Made by a program: the position numbers and the translations under genes. Of a stretch of 64,000 nucleotides of DNA, positions 9,263 to 18,662 are shown piece after piece. The stretch is taken from positions 227,857 through 291,856 of the forward strand of contig JAEUQT010000002.1 of NCBI GenBank assembly GCA_016789445.1, given 5' to 3'. The notes beneath the pieces are model-generated. The model saw only the letters and a list, made by a program, of their open reading frames with translations. It had not been told where the DNA came from and searched no databases. How positions within the stretch are numbered: the stretch's first letter is position 1; each line of letters opens with the position of its first letter. This DNA comes from a bacterium (lineage in GTDB: Bacteria > Patescibacteriota > Minisyncoccia > Phycocordibacterales > UBA2100).

Positions 9263-9925
9263 TTATACCTTTACGATTTTCTTCACGGCAGTGAAGATTT
9301 TCTCGTGGATAGCGGGGCGAGGGAGGAGCTCGCCTTTTTCGATGCAGTCGATCTTCTGCCAATTACCCTGCGCCTTAATGATCTTGAGCGCTGCCTCTTG
9401 CGTACGCTCGAGATGCTTGGGGTCGCTTTCTGCCAAGTCCTCATTCCCGCGGCCCTTCATAAGCTGGATGGAGAATGCAACAGGTACGTGGAGGTACAGG
9501 ATGAGATCAGGGCGCGGAAGTCCGAACGTTCTGTGTTCCATCGCGTCGAGCCACTTCAAAAAGGCGGTTCGGGCCTTTGTATCGGAGATCTTTCCACCCT
9601 GATGCATTTGATTGGAGCTTACGTAACGATTGAGAACAACAATGCGACCGTCTTTCAACCACTTTTCGAGCTTCGCTTTCGATTCCCAGCGATCAGCTGC
9701 GTAGGCGATAGAAACAAGATACGGATTCTGCCCGATGAAATCACCGTGTTTTCCTGTGAGGCAATCTTTCAGGAACGAGCCGAAGAAGTTCTTCTCGTAT
9801 TGCGGGAAATCCATCGTTTCCACCTTCTTTCCGGATTTCTTGAGGCGCTCAACCAAGAGCTTGGTCTGAGTCGCTTTGCCGACACCGTCTGAGCCGTCTA
9901 TCACGATGAGTCTACCTTTTGCCAT
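9263..9925 (-). CDS. tmk: Thymidylate kinase
   Basis: Internal start MAKGRLIVIDGSDGVGKATQ (P-loop). DRY-like region and lid. The ORF-track N-extension is probably spurious. Confidence 0.9.
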   Translation of the reverse strand: MAKGRLIVIDGSDGVGKATQTKLLVERLKKSGKKVETMDFPQYEKNFFGSFLKDCLTGKHGDFIGQNPYLVSIAYAADRWESKAKLEKWLKDGRIVVLNRYVSSNQMHQGGKISDTKARTAFLKWLDAMEHRTFGLPRPDLILYLHVPVAFSIQLMKGRGNEDLAESDPKHLERTQEAALKIIKAQGNWQKIDCIEKGELLPRPAIHEKIFTAVKKIVKV

Positions 9926-9947
9926 AGAAATAGAAAAAGACCGGGGC

Positions 9948-10457
9948 TCACGAGAGCCACCGGCCAAGGATGTTGTCAGGGTGTTCACGATTAAAGAGCC
10001 TCTCGCTACCTTCCTGCAGGTAGACGTTTGCGATACCTGCTTCCATGATTGCATCCCAACATGGCACACAGGCCCACCAGTGGCCGTACAGGTACAGATC
10101 TGCACCTTTGGTATCGTGGCCCTGCGCCTGTGCGTCGGCTACTGCACGTGGTTCGCTGTGGTTCTTCGGGTGACAGCCTTCACAGAGCTCATAGCCCTCG
10201 CCGGTCGGCATCTTGCGACGGACGCGCTCACAGACATGACTTTTATGATAGTCACTACCGTTCGCGCCGCGGCCGATAACGATGCCATCTTTCACGATAA
10301 CGGAACCGGTTTTTACCGCGTCATCGAGGGAGTTTTCAAGTGCGGATTTCCGCGCTTCCTGCATGAACCGATTGTCAGCCGGGACGTACAGGATCGTCCT
10401 TCCTTCGGGAAGATAGGGATACTTGATAGTCGTTACAGTCATTGTCGAATCCTCCAT
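9948..10457 (-). CDS. dCMP deaminase (ComEB-like, CMP/dCMP deaminase zinc-binding)
   Basis: HSE...PCxxC zinc motifs (CHPKNHSEPRAV, CVPCWDA). Alternative start at 10442. Confidence 0.8.
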   Translation of the reverse strand: MEDSTMTVTTIKYPYLPEGRTILYVPADNRFMQEARKSALENSLDDAVKTGSVIVKDGIVIGRGANGSDYHKSHVCERVRRKMPTGEGYELCEGCHPKNHSEPRAVADAQAQGHDTKGADLYLYGHWWACVPCWDAIMEAGIANVYLQEGSERLFNREHPDNILGRWLS

Positions 10458-10507
10458 ATGACCTAGATAGTGTATACCACCTCACAGTGCTGGGATATAC
10501 TTCCGCC

Positions 10508-11344
10508 ATGACGAAATTCGATGCGCTCTATCAGGACATGCTCAAGCGTATCGTCAAGGAAGGCGTACGCGAAAAGAACAAGCGAACGGGCCATGAAGTA
10601 GCGGCGATACCGGGCCTCCATTTCTCCATCGACCTCGAAAAAGAGGGATTCCCGCTCCTCACGCTCCGCAAGATCCCCGTGAAGATGTTCGTGGCGGAGC
10701 AGATATGGTTCGTCTCCGGTGCACGTAAGCCGGCGGATTTCCTGCGCGATTACACGAAAATCTGGGACGTGTTCACGAATCCGGCGGATGTGGTGACCGT
10801 TGCGTATGGCTACCGTTGGCGCAAGCATTTCGGGCGCGATCAGCTCGGGCTCTTGGTGAAGCATCTCAAGGAAGATCCGACATCGCGCCACGGCGTGGTC
10901 ATCACATGGGATCCGGGAGGAGATGGTCTCGGTGTCACGAATAGGAAGAACGTGCCGTGCCCATACACCTTTACGGTGAATATCATCGGTGGCCGCCTTA
11001 ATCTGCATAATATGGTGCGATCGAACGACATGGTGCTCGGATTCCCATCAGACGTCGCTGGATTCGCCCTTTTACAACACATGCTCGCACAGAAGCTTGG
11101 TGTAAAAGCAGGAACCTATAGTCACTCGATATCGAACGCACACATCTATGACAACCAGTACGACGCCGTGAAGGAGATGGTAAAGAGAAAGAATGCCCAT
11201 AAGCCGATCAAGGTCGCCCTGCCGAAGGCTGCCTATGATCGGGCGGAGAAGAAGGATCCGAAGCTTGTCGCGCAGATCGTCGAAGTCTTCCAAGCTCAGT
11301 ACAGTCCGATGGATGCCATCAAAGGGCTTCAGATCGTAATGTAG
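10508..11344 (+). CDS. thyA: Thymidylate synthase (ThyA family) with a PCP active-site variant
   Basis: Aligns along its length with E. coli ThyA (NKRTG, DQL..LKEDPTSRH, NVPCPYTFTV vs APCHAFFQF, SNAHIYDNQ vs GDTHLYSNH). Start taken at the internal Met MTKFDALY. Confidence 0.85.
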   Translation: MTKFDALYQDMLKRIVKEGVREKNKRTGHEVAAIPGLHFSIDLEKEGFPLLTLRKIPVKMFVAEQIWFVSGARKPADFLRDYTKIWDVFTNPADVVTVAYGYRWRKHFGRDQLGLLVKHLKEDPTSRHGVVITWDPGGDGLGVTNRKNVPCPYTFTVNIIGGRLNLHNMVRSNDMVLGFPSDVAGFALLQHMLAQKLGVKAGTYSHSISNAHIYDNQYDAVKEMVKRKNAHKPIKVALPKAAYDRAEKKDPKLVAQIVEVFQAQYSPMDAIKGLQIVM

Positions 11345-11355
11345 ACTTACCACCT

Positions 11356-11988
11356 ATGGCCATACTCACCAAAGACGAAATACTCGCTCGTGTAAAAGAG
11401 GGGAATCTGGGCTTTTCGCCGAATCTTGATCAATTCCAGATCCAAGCGCACGCCGTCGATCTCCGATTGGGATTCACGTTCCTTCTGCCGAAATCGTGGC
11501 GCATGACGAAAGAAGGAAGAGAGGCGATGATGATCGATCCTCTGCGTGACCACGGCCCCGAGTATTTTGATGTGATCGAATTGGAGCAGGGGCAGTCGTT
11601 CGATCTGTTGCCGCAGGAATATGTCTTGGTGTCTACATTTGAGACCGTGCGCATTCCCGACGATCTTATGGCGGTGTTGTATCCACGCTCGTCGGTCAAT
11701 CGTAAAGGCCTTTCCGTCGACCTCACCGGCATCATCGATAGTGGCTACGAAGGACCGCTCACGCTCCCGATCCGCAACAACACGCGATCCCAAGTCATTC
11801 AGCTCCATCCGGGTGAGCGCATCTGCCAGGTTGTCTTTGAAGAACTGAAGCATCCGGTGAACGCGCGCAAGAGCCGCTGGCATCAGAAGGACGTCGTCGA
11901 GAAGGGGAAGAAGGAGAAGTCGAAAGAAATGAAACTGGTTTTCTCGGGAGACATCAAGAAGCTGAAATCCGATTTCAAGGCTCTGTAG
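11356..11988 (+). CDS. dcd: dCTP deaminase
   Basis: dUTPase-fold motifs SSVNRKG and GIIDSGYEGPL. Length 210 aa. Confidence 0.85.
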   Translation: MAILTKDEILARVKEGNLGFSPNLDQFQIQAHAVDLRLGFTFLLPKSWRMTKEGREAMMIDPLRDHGPEYFDVIELEQGQSFDLLPQEYVLVSTFETVRIPDDLMAVLYPRSSVNRKGLSVDLTGIIDSGYEGPLTLPIRNNTRSQVIQLHPGERICQVVFEELKHPVNARKSRWHQKDVVEKGKKEKSKEMKLVFSGDIKKLKSDFKAL

Positions 11989-11989
11989 T

Positions 11990-12487
11990 ATGGCCCGTGT
12001 CAGTGCTATCGCCGCAATCGGACGCAATCGCGTTTTGGGCAAGGATAATCAGCTGCTTTGGCATATTCCTGACGACCTGAAGCGTTTTAAGGAGATCACC
12101 TCCGGCCATCCCATCATCATGGGTCGCAAGACATTCGAGTCGATTCTCGCGTCGCTCGGGAAGCCTCTGCCGGGGCGCACGAATATCGTCGTTACTCGGG
12201 ATGCTTCGTGGCAGCATGAAGGCGTGCTTACTGCGGCGTCGATTGAAGATGCTATCATGAAAGCCGCAAAAGCGCCGGGAGCGGATGAGGTTTTTATCGG
12301 CGGCGGCGGCGAGATCTATCGCCAGGCGCTTCCATTTACCGACCGGCTGTATCTCACACTCATCGAGGACGATAAGGAAGGGGATTCGTTCTTTCCGGAA
12401 TATGAGAATGAATTTACGAAGGTGGTTTCGGATGAGACTCGAGAGCATGAAGGGCTGAAATACCGCTGGGTGGATTTGGAACGTTGA
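11990..12487 (+). CDS. folA: Dihydrofolate reductase
   Basis: IAAIGRNRVLG, IIMGRKTFESI, FIGGGGEIY. Confidence 0.9.
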   Translation: MARVSAIAAIGRNRVLGKDNQLLWHIPDDLKRFKEITSGHPIIMGRKTFESILASLGKPLPGRTNIVVTRDASWQHEGVLTAASIEDAIMKAAKAPGADEVFIGGGGEIYRQALPFTDRLYLTLIEDDKEGDSFFPEYENEFTKVVSDETREHEGLKYRWVDLER

Positions 12488-12550
12488 GTGCGGTAGGCTG
12501 CTCCTAGTGCCAGGGAATCCCCTGGTTTTCGCTGTTCTTAGGAGGACACA

Positions 12551-13399
12551 ATGATCGAGACCCAGCCTCGCGAGATCGCGAGAGGGAAGACGAAGGTGCT
12601 CGTGCAGGCACCGGATGCCGCGGACGAAGTGGAGGTCCATAACATGGACTTCATCACTGCCGGCGACGGGGCTCGCAAGGACTCGTTCCTTCGCAAGGGC
12701 GAATATTCGACTCAGACGAACGACAGTGTCTTCACGTTGCTCAACTCATGCGGCGTGCCGACGGCGTATGTACGTCGTACCGGCCCTTCGACATTCCGTG
12801 CGAAGAAGGTCCGTATGCTGCCCTACGAAGCAGTCGGTATCTTCAAAGTTGCCGCTGCATCGTCCGCAAGAAAGCGTGACCCGTCGTTACAGGTCGGTCA
12901 GGAATTCATGTTCGGCAAGTACGCCCTCTTTCTGAAAACGACCGGAAAGACCTTCGGTCCGTATACGTTCGAGAAGGATGATCCGTTCATCACTTCGAGT
13001 ACGGAAGACGGCCTGATGGTATGTCGGCCTGATCTGCCCGTCGGGACCGACAATGTCCCGATACGTGTGCGGCCGGAATACGTCTTTCCTGACGGCATCG
13101 TGCATCCGTTTGACGAGATGCGGGCGTTGGTCGGGCAGGTCGGTAATATCTTGTCGGCTGCGTGGGCTCAGCTGGGCTGCACGCTGTATGACTTCAAGAT
13201 CGAACTCGCATTCCTTCCCGATGGAGAACTCGTCGTAGCAGACGTCATCGACAATGACTCATGGCGGCTGGTCGATGAAAACGGCCAACACCTCGATAAG
13301 CAGCGGTATCGGGATAAAGACACGCCGCTGGAAGTGGTCGCGGCGCTCTATGCCGAAGTGGCAGCGCGCTCAGAGGGACTCAAGTCGATCAGGTGGTAA
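12551..13399 (+). CDS. SAICAR synthetase family protein (PurC-like)
   Basis: GKTKVL...FITAGDGARKDSF..KG...GVPT and LYDFKIELAF..DGELVVADVIDNDSWRLVD align with E. coli PurC (LVDFKLEFG...GDEFSPDGSRLWD). Confidence 0.75.
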   Translation: MIETQPREIARGKTKVLVQAPDAADEVEVHNMDFITAGDGARKDSFLRKGEYSTQTNDSVFTLLNSCGVPTAYVRRTGPSTFRAKKVRMLPYEAVGIFKVAAASSARKRDPSLQVGQEFMFGKYALFLKTTGKTFGPYTFEKDDPFITSSTEDGLMVCRPDLPVGTDNVPIRVRPEYVFPDGIVHPFDEMRALVGQVGNILSAAWAQLGCTLYDFKIELAFLPDGELVVADVIDNDSWRLVDENGQHLDKQRYRDKDTPLEVVAALYAEVAARSEGLKSIRW

Positions 13400-13431
13400 C
13401 ACTGACCGCGGACGAAAGTCCGCGGTTTTCT

Positions 13432-14214
13432 TTATTGCTTCAATCCGAGTCCTTTGCGGATGAGGTACCAGTTCAAGGCGACGAGGGCGAAAACCATGGC
13501 GAACAGCATGGCGACGGATACGGCGATCGATACATCGGTGATGCCGAGGAAGCCGTAGCGGAATCCGTTGATGAGGTAGAAGAGGGGATTCGCATACGTG
13601 ATCGCCTGCCACCATTCCGGAAGGTTATGCACCGAGTAGAAGATGCCCCCGAGGTAGACTAGTGGCGTGAGGACGAAGGTCGGGACGATATTGATGCCAT
13701 CGATGGTCTTCGCGTAGATTCCGTTTACAAGGCCTGCGAGCGCGAAGACGAGGCAGGTAAGGACCGCGAAACCGAAGATGATGAGGAAGTTGTGCACGGA
13801 GAGCTCTAATCCGGTGAAAAAGATGGAGACGAGAAGGACGAGCGTACCGGTGATGACGCCGCGAACGACGCCGCCACCCACGAAGCCGGCAATCATGAGC
13901 CATGGCGGTGTCGGGGAGACGAGGATCTCCTCGATATTGCGGGCGAAGAATTTCGACGAGAAGAAGGTGAATGAGGTGTTCGCATAGGAAGTCGTGACGA
14001 TCGCGAGCATCACGAGACCGGGGACGACGAATGTCATGTAATCCACTCCCTGCATCTGACCGATCTGTGAGCCGAGCACGGTGCCGAAGACGAGGAAGTA
14101 GAGCGTGGAGGTGATGACGCTCGGGAGGAAGGTCTGGATCCAGATGCGGAACATGCGGACCACGTCCTTGCGTATCATCGTATAGAAGCTGATCCAGAGT
14201 TTGTTTGCAGGCAT
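13432..14214 (-). CDS. ABC-2 type transporter permease
   Basis: Six predicted TM helices. ABC-2 family look. Confidence 0.8.
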   Translation of the reverse strand: MPANKLWISFYTMIRKDVVRMFRIWIQTFLPSVITSTLYFLVFGTVLGSQIGQMQGVDYMTFVVPGLVMLAIVTTSYANTSFTFFSSKFFARNIEEILVSPTPPWLMIAGFVGGGVVRGVITGTLVLLVSIFFTGLELSVHNFLIIFGFAVLTCLVFALAGLVNGIYAKTIDGINIVPTFVLTPLVYLGGIFYSVHNLPEWWQAITYANPLFYLINGFRYGFLGITDVSIAVSVAMLFAMVFALVALNWYLIRKGLGLKQ

Positions 14215-14215
14215 A

Positions 14216-14977
14216 CTATTTTTCGGAGGTCAGCTTGATAAAGACTTCCTCAAGACGACCGCCGCGATATCCGTCATTCGCCCCGGCATCATCGTGCATG
14301 GCAAGGATCTCATCCATCGTTCCCTGTGCGACGAAATTACCCTTACTGATGATGGCGACGTGCTTCGCGAGCTGCTCCGCTTCTTCGAGATAGTGGGTGG
14401 TGAGAAGGATGGTGAGGCCTTCAGAGGTGAGTTTGCGGAGGTAATCCCACATGCCGCGACGCAGCTCGACATCAACGCCGGCGGTGGGCTCGTCGAGGAT
14501 GAGGAAGCGCGGCTTGTGGATGAGCGCGCGGGCGATCATGAGCCGGCGCTTCATGCCGCCGGAGAGCTCCATGGCGCGGACGTTCATTTTCTCGCCCAAC
14601 CCGAGGTCGTTGAGAAGTTGCTCAGCGCGGGGAATGGCCTCCGCGCGAGCGATGCCATAGTAGCCGCCTTGATTGACGATGATATCGATCGGCTTCTCGA
14701 AGGGGTTGAAATTGATCTCCTGACCGACAAGGCCGATCCGGGTCTTTGCGAGTTCTGGTTCCTTATCGATATCGTGACCGAACACCGACACCGAGCCCAC
14801 GGACTTGTTCACGAGGCCGGAGATAATGCCGATAATAGTCGTCTTTCCGGCGCCATTCGGGCCGAGGAGGGCGAAAAAGTCTCCGGCGGGGACCGTAAGC
14901 GAGACCCCCTTCAGGGCTTCGGTACCATTTGCGTACTTCTTCTTGACGTTGGTGACGACGAGGGCAGGGGTAGACAT
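14216..14977 (-). CDS. ABC transporter ATP-binding protein
   Basis: Walker A GPNGAGKTT, signature LSGGMKRR, Walker B LILDEPT. Confidence 0.9.
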   Translation of the reverse strand: MSTPALVVTNVKKKYANGTEALKGVSLTVPAGDFFALLGPNGAGKTTIIGIISGLVNKSVGSVSVFGHDIDKEPELAKTRIGLVGQEINFNPFEKPIDIIVNQGGYYGIARAEAIPRAEQLLNDLGLGEKMNVRAMELSGGMKRRLMIARALIHKPRFLILDEPTAGVDVELRRGMWDYLRKLTSEGLTILLTTHYLEEAEQLAKHVAIISKGNFVAQGTMDEILAMHDDAGANDGYRGGRLEEVFIKLTSEK

Positions 14978-14985
14978 GGGCAGGA

Positions 14986-15711
14986 TTATACCAAAACGCC
15001 CGAAAGATACTCATAGGTGGCATGGTAGTCCTTCACGAGGTGTGTCGGGATGACGCCGACGACCGTCTCGTCATTACCGCCGGGGAACAGTGCATCGCCG
15101 ACATATAGGCACTCATCTTTCTGCCATTGCATCGCTTTTATGAATTCGCCGACATTAAAGCCTTTGTGTTTTCCAGCCTCGAAGAAGTCGAGACAGGTAG
15201 TCCCGCCGGTGCGGACTTCGATGTTGTGCTGCGTGCGGAGCGTATCAACGTCCGTCTTGAAATGCTCGAGAAGTGCTCGGCGTTTCGAGTGGTCGGGATC
15301 GTAGGCTTCCTTTCTTGATACGTCCTCATGATGACCGATCGTGCTGTAGGCGATTGAGCAGCCGCGATCCTCGATAAGGTCATTCGCGTCAGCAACGGTA
15401 AGGGAGAGGTGTGCGACCATCTTGTCGACAAGGGACGTGATCGCAGCCTTCTGCTCGGGGGTTGGACGTCGCTCCCAGAGCACCGTCCCGTCGCGATGGA
15501 TGGCCTGGTTGCCGTTCTGGGCAAGAATGAAATAACGTCCCGAAAGCTCGGGATCGAGTTGTTTTTGTGTCTGTGAAGCCTGACTGCCGGTGACCACGAT
15601 GACATCGGCGCGATCCGTTAATTGAGCGAGAATCGGCGCATGCGCCGGGTCGATATGGCTGCGGCTGCGGGTAAGGGTGTTATCGAGGTCGAAGAAGAAG
15701 TGCTTCTGCAT
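14986..15711 (-). CDS. HAD-IIB family hydrolase (paralogue of the C-terminal domain of 6072-7430)
   Basis: FFFDLDNTL, VTGSQ, GDALFPGGNDETV. Shared segments YDPDHSKRRAL/WDPDFTKRPRL with the fusion protein. Confidence 0.7.
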   Translation of the reverse strand: MQKHFFFDLDNTLTRSRSHIDPAHAPILAQLTDRADVIVVTGSQASQTQKQLDPELSGRYFILAQNGNQAIHRDGTVLWERRPTPEQKAAITSLVDKMVAHLSLTVADANDLIEDRGCSIAYSTIGHHEDVSRKEAYDPDHSKRRALLEHFKTDVDTLRTQHNIEVRTGGTTCLDFFEAGKHKGFNVGEFIKAMQWQKDECLYVGDALFPGGNDETVVGVIPTHLVKDYHATYEYLSGVLV

Positions 15712-15726
15712 TGCGGCATTCTAGCA

Positions 15727-17112
15727 CTAGAGGCCGATATTAATGAGGCCGCGGTCCTCTTCGTCAGAGTCGAACTTGAAGATCTTGAGGGTCGGCGGGA
15801 TGACCGGGATCACGTCATGTACCGTTGCGCCCGCTTCGGTCTCGACTTCAAGTTGGACCGGTTCGGTGGCTGCCTCGATGTTCACCTGCACTTTCGCGTT
15901 GGTGGTCGAACTGCGTGGTTCCTCCTTCGCCTCGTTCACTTTTGCGCGGGCGTTGGTGCGGGCTTCTGCAGCACGTGTGCCTGCTTTCTTGAAGGCGGTT
16001 TCTGATTTGAGAAGGACGTTGAGCTTCTCGGAGATGACGAGGGACTGCTGGAACGCATGGTATGCCTGCGCGTGCGCCTTGTCTTTCAGGAACGTGCGAC
16101 CTTCTTCGATGCGATCTTCGGAAAGCGCGAGCTGCGCCTCTGCTTCAGCCTTGATCTCCTTGCTTGCTTTGGAAGACTTGAGTTTCTTCTGAGCCGCTTT
16201 GAGCTGCGCTTCGGCGGAAGCCTTCATGCGGTTCGCGGCGCGGGAATCGTACTTTTCTTCTAATTCGCCGGTGGTAGCGGTATCGGTATTGGCGACTTTC
16301 GCCGTGCGGGCTTCTGGAGCCGGTTCGTCGGCGGGAGCGGCCATCATCGCCATGGTCGCAGCTTCAGGGGCTGCTTTCGCCATGGTGTCTGCTGCGGGAG
16401 CGGCGTCCATCGCGAGTGCGATAGAGGCAGCAGGGAGGCTGACGGCGATGCGCTCCTCGGCGCGTGCGCGGATATCAGCGACGGCGAGTCCCGCACCGCG
16501 GATGGCGGTAGTAAGCGTATTCGTCGCATCGGCTTCGCTCACCAAGGCGAGCACTTCCTCGTGCGCGGCAAGACGTGTCTCGAAGCGCGAGGTGATCTCC
16601 GCTGCAGCGGATGCGTCACTCTCATCGATCGTCGCGACTTCTGCGGTCGCACTCTGTGCATGCGCTTCGAAAGCGACGGCGAGGGACTGCTGCGTATCCG
16701 CATCAAGACGATTCTCTGCGGCAAGCGCGGCGGCTTCTTCGATGCGGCGTTCAGCGAGTTCCATCTGCACCGATGCCTTCGCTTCGGTGTCAGTCGCGAG
16801 GGCGACCTTCACGGATTCGTTGATCTTCGTTTTCACGCTGTAGAGCGCATCTCCCGGGAGCGCGCCTTCTGCAGCGTAGGAAACGCCGGAGCCGAAGATG
16901 AATACGAGTGCGAGCGCCGCAGCGATCGGCTGCTTGATCCATGCAAAAGAGAACCACCGGATCGAGGTTGATGAAATAGAAACATACTCCTCCTGGGGGA
17001 GGGGTTTGTGTGCCATGTATTCACGCACGATGCGCGACATGTCGCGGCGCTCCGTCTCGGTGAGGTGCACGTGGTCGGCCGCTTTTGTGATGTATTTGGT
17101 GTAGTCGATCAT
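15727..17112 (-). CDS. Anti-sigma factor-like membrane protein (cytoplasmic N-terminus, one TM, DUF5667-like Ala/Glu-rich extracytoplasmic domain)
   Basis: 4-nt overlap with the ECF sigma gene. TM IAAALALVFIFG. PGDALYSVK motif after the TM. Confidence 0.6.
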   Translation of the reverse strand: MIDYTKYITKAADHVHLTETERRDMSRIVREYMAHKPLPQEEYVSISSTSIRWFSFAWIKQPIAAALALVFIFGSGVSYAAEGALPGDALYSVKTKINESVKVALATDTEAKASVQMELAERRIEEAAALAAENRLDADTQQSLAVAFEAHAQSATAEVATIDESDASAAAEITSRFETRLAAHEEVLALVSEADATNTLTTAIRGAGLAVADIRARAEERIAVSLPAASIALAMDAAPAADTMAKAAPEAATMAMMAAPADEPAPEARTAKVANTDTATTGELEEKYDSRAANRMKASAEAQLKAAQKKLKSSKASKEIKAEAEAQLALSEDRIEEGRTFLKDKAHAQAYHAFQQSLVISEKLNVLLKSETAFKKAGTRAAEARTNARAKVNEAKEEPRSSTTNAKVQVNIEAATEPVQLEVETEAGATVHDVIPVIPPTLKIFKFDSDEEDRGLINIGL

Positions 17113-17657
17113 ATATCCTGTTTGGCGCAGAGTGCTTTGAGCTTGATGACGCCGCGATGCAATCGCACCGAGACGACGTTCTCCGTGACGCCGATCATAC
17201 CCGCGATCTCCTTCGGCGTGAATCCGTCGATGTAGCGCATGGTGATGGCTTCCCGATAGACGTCGGGGAGTTCGGGAATGCGCGTACGAATCTCTTCGAG
17301 GAGTGATTCCTGGTCGAGGCTTTCTTCGGTTTCGCGCACGTCTCCCTCCGACAAGCGTCTCTCAAGTTCCCCCGTATCGTTCTCGAGCATTTCATCCAAC
17401 GATGACTGTTTGCTCTTGCGGTATTCGTCGACGATGAGGTTGTTGAGTATCCGATAGAGGAAACTCTTGAATTGCTGTACCTCGCCGCCGCCTTGTACGT
17501 AATCCCATGCTTTGAGGAAGGTCTCCTGGGTGAGTTCGAGCGCGCGATCGCGATTGCTCAGACGGAAGAATGCATGTCTGAACAGGGGATCGGAATAGGT
17601 CTCGAATGCCTCAAGATAGGCCTTCTCTTGTGTGGGCCGCTTTCGGGGGTCTGTCAT
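17109..17657 (-). CDS. RNA polymerase sigma-70 factor, ECF subfamily
   Basis: Region 2 FLKAWDYV...LYRILNNLIVDEYR. Region 4 PELPDVYREAITMRYIDGFTPKEIAGMIGVTENVVSVRLHRG. Confidence 0.85.
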   Translation of the reverse strand: MTDPRKRPTQEKAYLEAFETYSDPLFRHAFFRLSNRDRALELTQETFLKAWDYVQGGGEVQQFKSFLYRILNNLIVDEYRKSKQSSLDEMLENDTGELERRLSEGDVRETEESLDQESLLEEIRTRIPELPDVYREAITMRYIDGFTPKEIAGMIGVTENVVSVRLHRGVIKLKALCAKQDI

Positions 17658-17736
17658 ATAAGACGAACCGGACTATCCTGACTTACTGAAGGCAGGAGGC
17701 GCCGGTTACTGCTCAATTCTAGGGCTTCATTCCTTA

Positions 17737-17766
17737 ATGAACAAGCCACACGACTGTATGTCGTGT
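17737..17766 (-). terminator. Hairpin gccacacgac-tgtat-gtcgtgtggc between the DUF5666-like gene and the sigma gene
   Basis: Perfect 10-bp stem. Weak U-tract on the minus strand. Confidence 0.35.
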
Positions 17767-17785
17767 GGCCGTTCAAAGCGCTAGG

Positions 17786-18529
17786 TTAGCGCCAGTTCAT
17801 CCAGACCTTGGACTTGATCCAGTCCTTCCATTCTTTCTTATCGTCATTGTCCCAGCCCCGCTTCGGAGTGCTGCTGGATACATCGACTTCAGATGCAGTG
17901 AGGACCGACGACGAGGCGCTGAAGAGTCCTTTCACTTTCACCTTCGCGTTGAGGAAGAGCGATGCGAACGATCCGTCTTTGCCGTTAAGATCGAAGTTTG
18001 TCGAGGAATTCGTCTGTACCGTCGTGGTGGAATTACCGTGTGAGACGGTGAACGAATTGAGTGTCGCGTTGATCGAGGTGATGATGCCGGAGATCGATCT
18101 ATTCGATTCGAGCTGCGTCCAATCCTTCACGACCTTCGCATTCACCGTGAGGCCGGACTGCGCCTGATCGATAGATCCGCGGAAGGAGACGATGTCGCCG
18201 ACCGCGATCTGAGAAAGACCGGTCGCACTGCCTTTGTGTGCGGTGAATTCAGTACTGCCATCAGTTTTCACCGTCCAATCAAGCTTCGATGAACCGTAAT
18301 TGGTCGTCGCGTTGATGGTGGAGCCGGAAACCGACGTCACTTTCGCGCCGCGCACGAGTGCGCTGCCGTTCGTGCCGAGGACGACCTCGACACCGGTGGC
18401 TGCTTTATCCGATTTCTTCGAGCCGTTATCCGCATGGGATGTAAGCGGGAAGAGCGCGAGCGCAGCAATGACTGCGAATACGCCAAGCAATGAATAAGAA
18501 CTTCGCCCTACAGAATAGATATGCGTCAT
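17786..18529 (-). CDS. Secreted Ser/Thr-rich beta-strand protein (DUF5666-like), sigma/anti-sigma neighbour
   Basis: Signal peptide. Repeated (V/I)xVxG...T motifs. Sits beside the DUF5667-like anti-sigma gene. Confidence 0.45.
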   Translation of the reverse strand: MTHIYSVGRSSYSLLGVFAVIAALALFPLTSHADNGSKKSDKAATGVEVVLGTNGSALVRGAKVTSVSGSTINATTNYGSSKLDWTVKTDGSTEFTAHKGSATGLSQIAVGDIVSFRGSIDQAQSGLTVNAKVVKDWTQLESNRSISGIITSINATLNSFTVSHGNSTTTVQTNSSTNFDLNGKDGSFASLFLNAKVKVKGLFSASSSVLTASEVDVSSSTPKRGWDNDDKKEWKDWIKSKVWMNWR

Positions 18530-18616
18530 AGGTTGAAGAGGGTGTAGCTATGCTAAATGCACCCTCGTACCTATGAAGACGAGATGAGGTGTATTGACGT
18601 TTCCTTCGGAATGTTT

Positions 18617-18650
18617 CAAAAGAAAACAGCCCCACGCGGGGCTGTTTTCG
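18617..18650 (-). terminator. Rho-independent terminator (acagcccc-acgc-ggggctgt, flanked by A/T tracts)
   Basis: 8-bp GC stem. U-tract on both strands. Downstream of the 18663-19358 gene. Confidence 0.6.
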
Positions 18651-18662
18651 GAGGGGAATCGA

